Shown: in pieces, positions 34,697 through 39,639 of the stretch
Layout of the letters: every line of letters begins with the position of its first letter
Numbering within the stretch: position 1 is the stretch's first letter
Source of the DNA: Polymyxa betae A26-41
Lineage: Eukaryota; Protista; Endomyxa: Phytomyxea
Length of the DNA stretch: 39,639 bases
NCBI GenBank assembly: GCA_003693705.1
Contig: RBZT01000644.1
Location: 1-39,639 of the forward strand
Direction of reading: 5' to 3'
The notes under the pieces: model-generated
What the model was told of the DNA's origin: nothing
Database searches by the model: none
What the model saw: the letters and a program-made list of their open reading frames with translations, nothing else
Made by a program: the position numbers and the translations under genes

Positions 34697-35029
34697 AATA
34701 TTCATTGTTATGAAATCTATTATATATTATGCTCTGCCAAAGAGCCAGTTCAAACAGTTTAAAATTAAACCTAAAGCGTTTCAACATTTTTCCATCAAAT
34801 CCTACATCTCTTGTGTATTGCTTTGTTTGCTCTCCCTTTCTAGACAACTTCTTCTCGAAACAATGGATAGTTTATAGGGTCCGGCTGTGCCCCCAAATCC
34901 CAAGAATTCAACTGGAGCCAATTCGTAATCAGGGTGTAATGCATCATAGCTGAAGCTGCCTTGAAAGCATTATGAAACATGGACCAAAAATGCCAGATCG
35001 AAACGTTTCTAAGCTTCATCAACTGGGCG

Positions 35030-35392
35030 TCGAGAACTTGGAATCCTCACTGGACACAGACAGCAGCGGCCGATCATAGGGCGAAGGATTGAATTGGATT
35101 GTACTAGTTATTTGTGCCTTTCGGCAAGGTGGGCGACACTTTGACCCTAGTGCGGGTCAAGCACCAGAGGTCCGTGGCTCTCCTTCAAAATTTCGGAGGC
35201 CAACACCCTTGTAGTTTTAAAGAGGAGATTGAGCTCAGCAGAGGGCTTAGAGACCTATGATTGAACGGCAGGCATCTGCTGGCCCAACCCTACAGAGAGT
35301 TGAACCCTGTGATCAGGACGAAGGGGACTTTTCTCGGGACCTTGGAGTCCTCACCATCGCAGACCGCAGCGGCCAATAATGGGTGATGGAGA
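35030..35392 (-). repeat. Dispersed structured repeat, copy B: tandem ~303-bp unit with a tRNA-like head (SINE-like)
   Basis: The ~55-bp block at 35336-35390 recurs at 35034-35088. Minus strand reads GGCCGCTGCGGTCTGCGATGGTGAGGACTC...ACAGGGTTCAACTCTCTGT. Hairpins TTGACCC-gcacta-GGGTCAA and TGCC-GAAA-GGCA. Confidence 0.65.
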
Positions 35393-36030
35393 TATTCAAT
35401 CTCTAACAAAGCGACAATAACTACTGACGAAGTTGAGGGAAAGGAACACCATACGCAGATCTACACCCGACATTGCGATGGAAGAAATGCTCGAGCATCG
35501 GCCAATGCCAGTTTGTGTAGTCAGTTCATGCCATGGTTCTGGAAGCATTATCGAAGTAGCAATGTTTTTTGCCATGCAGCTGGGCCAGATAATCGACACC
35601 TCTCACTATTCAACCTCTCCCATAGTGTCGTGCTCTCTAGCTTGATGTTTTTTGAAGTTCCGCTCCGCAAATCCGTTCTGATTTCCTTCGACCTCAAAAA
35701 TCTCTGATCAACATCTGGGCTATTATATCAAGCAATGGTCCTCTATATGACTAATTTGATGATCAAAGACTGACGCCTCATATCTCTGGGGATCCATATT
35801 GGAAGCTTCTTTCAGATTTGAATCCACACAGAAAGCTGATTGAAATTTCAACGAGTCATACTGGTTAACAATGGGAGACCTTCAACGTTTAATGATCTTG
35901 ATACACCCATAGTGCAAACTTCATCTCATGGCGAGTTTCCCATCGATTCGGATAGGGAGTTGTCGCGAGTATGACAAACTAATGAATCGGGAGTAAATCG
36001 CGAGCCACTTTCACAAAGATGTTCGTTACC

Positions 36031-36375
36031 TTAACAGCTGCTGTTACAGCAGAATATAAAATCGAGCCATTTACAGATGGCAACTATCATTATAATTAAC
36101 AGGATGCTACCGAAGATAACCCCCAATACAAACAATCGGACGACTTTTGGAGTGCTATGGTACGGTACCAAATCGGCAATGGGCGACATGGACGAATCCG
36201 GAGCCAGCTGCTGTTCCACCAGTAGACCGCCGCTACATAAAAAACTTGAAGTGTCACAGAACTCGTATGGATTGGCAGGTACGACCAACCAAGAAAGGAC
36301 AACGAGATGCGAATGAATCATCATTGCTATTATGGGCAAAGTTGAAGCCATGGGTAGCAAATGTTCATACGACAA
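36031..36375 (-). CDS. Possible small single-pass membrane protein
   Basis: Hydrophobic N-terminal stretch, a TM-like segment LFVLGVIFGSILLIIMIVAIC and a Cys-rich tail. No recognisable family. Confidence 0.3.
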   Translation of the reverse strand: MSYEHLLPMASTLPIIAMMIHSHLVVLSWLVVPANPYEFCDTSSFLCSGGLLVEQQLAPDSSMSPIADLVPYHSTPKVVRLFVLGVIFGSILLIIMIVAICKWLDFIFCCNSSC

Positions 36376-36720
36376 GGAGTTTTGAAGATAAAGACGACTC
36401 CGAGGGTTTCGGAAACTTCACCCAAGTGCGTGGCGGCGATGATTGCCAGGGCTGCGCTTCTCAATCCGCTCCTTCGATTGTCGTGATAAGTGCGTTTCGA
36501 AACACTAGATTTGCCAGTTACATAAAAAGTGGCTTAATTAAAGCCTTAAACTCAGAAAAATCGGCGCCGTTTTGCAAAAACTTTTGCGAGAAATTGCGCG
36601 GAGGTCGCGCCCTTACAGAACGATCCCATATCGCCTATAACAAGGCCACCCTCCTTGCAGACTCCCTATTTGGGTTCTCACAGCTCATGCTCTCATCTGG
36701 GGTCGTGATCACCGCAATCC

Positions 36721-39639
36721 ATGAATGATACCACACGCAGACCAGTGACGTTTCGGGCGGTTCCTGTCGTCAATTCCACAACTGAGTTCGAGATCCTATC
36801 GTTTGACTGCTGGCGTACGAATCCTATTGTTCGATATATTTTCTTGAGACATTCGGTTTGAATCTGGCGTAATTTTACATCTTCTGTTTGATGCCATTTT
36901 CTTTGATTTTCCGAAAATTTCTCCCATCTCTTGTACCGGTTTTCTCCTCCCACTGGGTTGGATATTTCGATTCGGGTGCTCGCTCCCTTGCTCAAACTGT
37001 ATTGGCTCAGAGGATAAGGTGGTAATCGGCTGTCGTGATGGCTCCTTGCGGGTATTCGGTCGACCCTCGGCGACCGGTGCGGAGTTCGTGCAGGTTCTTC
37101 TCAAGCCGGATTTCGCAACGCGACCGGTCGAATTCCTCTCCGTTATTGACGCCCTCGATATCGTGATATCCATTTCCGATTCTGTATGCTTCCTTCACGA
37201 TCTGTCTTCGTTTGCATCGCTGGGCTCGCTTGATACTGGAGGTTGGCTGTGAAATCATTTGCCTCTCTGTATGAGAGAACATGCTTGTTTTTTCTATCCA
37301 TTCTGCCTCTGGTATCTGTTCATGGCCCTTTATTATGGCTCTGCTTTCTGTTTTGATCCTCTTGACTTTATTTTGGAATGCAATTTGCACTCCTAACTTC
37401 TCCGTGCAGGCTCTCGCTGTTTCTTTGTTGCTGCGAATGAATCGTGTAGAATGCGCCTTGGCGATGACCCGCAACATCCATTTCTTTTAGCGGGTCCGTA
37501 TATAGCATTGAACGCCTTTGCATTTTTTCATATCTGCTTGTAGTGCTGTCCAGGTCCCGTTTGCACGTGTTTGAATGGAGAGGCCTGAAGGCTCGATTTC
37601 AGCTGGTATCGGGTTTTAATCTCTCCGATCGGGTCACTTCGGTCCAGTTTATCCACGACACAGGTCTCATTTTTACAAAACTTCCTTTCAATTTGACATT
37701 TTCGTAAAAGGGACGGCTTTTCATATCAATTTTGTTTTACTCACGCTGGAGTTCGTAACTCTCTTTCTTATCTTTCTTGATTTTATCTTCTCGTTTTGGA
37801 ATGTCAACCTTCTGTCACTTTTGCTTACATTTCAATCCGTTCTTTGTCTGGTCTACATCCAATACGTTGTCTAACTTTTATCTTGCAGCATTATGCTTGG
37901 CGTACAGAAATCGATTTGAGGTGCTCTATCTCGACACAGCAAGATCGCAGGAATTCGCCGTCCATGGCCCGGAAATCTTGAATGTCGTCCCGACCGCTTT
38001 GTATCGCCGCTCGAAAAGTCCCAAAAAGCTTCGTGGTATCGTGTCCGAGGTGGTTGGCAACCGCCGCGGCAACGCTGTCAAGATTGCCATCGGTATTCAT
38101 CCTGGAGCATGCATCTACACGTTTCCTGTCAATGTGTGCGCATCTGGCCGATTTTGCTTTGCATTTTCGCATTCTTTTCTTTATTGATTTCCTTTTCATT
38201 CGATTTTGTTTACTTATTTTCTTTGTGTTTTCCCGTTTCAATTACACACTAATCCTTTTTTCTGTAGAATTCTGCGCCTCCGATCCAGAGCCTCATCTCA
38301 ATTCCCATTGAAGCATCTATCGTGTCGCTTCTCTTGCTACCGCCGTTTCTTCTGATCGTCACCGAGGGCAGCATTCATCCGGTCAATATCGATTATGAAA
38401 GTGGGCATTCAGAAACGATCCCGTTTATGAACGCCTTCTCGATTCGCGCGAAATCGAAAGCGGTCGCTTTCGCTGTCTCCCCAGATTCGCTTATTAGGCT
38501 CGAACGCCTCTCGATCGAAGGTAACTTCTGATTTCATTTTTTATATCTTTGAGCTCTTCATTGCCTTTTTCTGATGTTTTTATCTTTCCGTTTCGCTGTG
38601 AAACGTTGCTTCTTTTTCATTCCTCTCTCTGTTGCAGTGTTTTCGAGCTTCTGACATAAATGAATTTGCTGCTTTTCTGATATTCTATAATACTATCTCT
38701 CAACAGAGCAAATTGACGAACTCTGCTCACTGAAAAACTTCGATGCGGCGCTGATCGTGCTTCGGGATCTGTCCGAGACTGAAGAAATCGACGATGTCGA
38801 GCGCCGTCTGCGCTATGTCAACAGTCTATACGCCAAACATCTCTTCGAGCAGCGCAAGTACGCCTTAGCTTTAAAGCGCTTTCAGCAATCCAATATCGAT
38901 CCTCGTCTTGTTCTCAGCAGTATGGATGTCTCTATTTCCGTTCTTCTTCGGTTTTAGTCAATCTTTCTAAATTTTATTGGTGATGATGTCATGTTTCGTC
39001 TCTCCATCTGATTTGTTTGTTTTGAATTGTCACCGAGTCATATCTCTGCTCAAACGGCTTTTTCTTGTTTCTCAATTGGTTTCGTTAATCTTCGTTGTAC
39101 AGTGTATAGCGATCTGAGTGACGAGTTGTTGAGCGCCGAGACGATTTCTTCTATCATTCCTTATCTGCTTCATCTTCGCAATTCGATTCCGCGACAATTT
39201 GAAGTCGATAAGGCTGCTGATCTTGCTGCTCTTATTGACACCTTCCTGCTGAAAATGTATCTGAAGGTATGTACTTTTACCGGGCTCTAATCACAGTATG
39301 AGCGAAATTCTTAAGACTTGTATCGAACAATTTCTTTCCTGCAAATCCCCTCTGTTTTGACTCTACTATTATAGGCAGATCGTCGCTTGGTGATTCCATT
39401 TTTGACTCAATCGCATTGCTGTGATATCGATGCCGCTGAGAGGGCGCTTCTGGACGCACGCGAATACGAAGCTCTTCTTTTTCTGTTCAAATCCCGCGGT
39501 TTGCATCAGAAATCCTTGCTTCTGCTTCGGAGGTTACACGACCGCCCGGAATCGGGATTTGGAGGCATCCAGCATACCATCGCCTATCTCAGGTAACTCG
39601 CTTCATCTATCAATATTAATTGCTCATTGTTCCCGTTTT
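36721..39639 (+). CDS. VPS39: Vam6/Vps39 family HOPS/CORVET subunit (CNH domain + Vps39_1), 3'-partial
   Basis: MNDTTRRPVTFRAVPVV...ILSFDCW|QDKVVIGCRDGSLRVF, QIDELCSLKNFDAAL, YAKHLFEQRKYALA..IDPRLVL and IDTFLLKMYL|...HCCDIDAAERALLDAREYEALLFLFKSRGLHQKSLLLL...TIAYL. The paralog TGFBRAP1 cannot be fully excluded. Confidence 0.85.

Noticed and set aside
35320-35362. Hammerhead ribozyme in the structured repeat (TGGTGA-GGAC..GTCC-CGAGAAA)
   Set aside because: Lacks the exact CUGANGA/GAAA core, and the second copy does not conserve it. An HDV-like fold could not be built either.
35290-35374. Functional tRNA gene
   Set aside because: The acceptor stem is imperfect and no clean anticodon arm forms; treated as a tRNA-derived repeat instead.
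36147-37477. ORFs 36147..36728 (+), 36796..37173 (-) and 37007..37477 (-) as independent genes
   Set aside because: They span promoter sequence or are antisense to VPS39 exons and T-rich introns, and show no recognisable motifs.

Overview
This is eukaryotic genomic DNA with many short (about 45-90 nt) spliceosomal introns. Gene content, intron style and TTT(T)AGGG repeats suggest a zoosporic plant-parasitic protist such as a plasmodiophorid; this is inference only. Compact housekeeping blocks (UPF1, a CatSper2-like Ca2+ channel, a SKA-family kinetochore gene, NOL9/Grc3, partial VPS39) alternate with transposon-littered blocks. The transposon blocks hold a disabled Ty1/copia element fused to a probable LINE ORF1 fragment, mariner and copia relics, a TIR-intact Tc1/mariner deletion derivative, and a tRNA-like structured repeat. 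They also carry predicted secreted proteins whose domains only make sense inside a cell: a signal peptide + PTC7-type PP2C phosphatase (with a TE-broken paralog), a signal peptide + C-terminal RING-H2 protein, and a signal peptide + F-box + ankyrin protein (frameshifted). Small Cys-rich and GPI-like secreted proteins are also present. The best candidate 'system' is a host ubiquitin/phosphosignalling-hijacking effector set undergoing birth-and-death evolution. Exon boundaries were read by eye and family assignments come from remembered motifs, not database searches.
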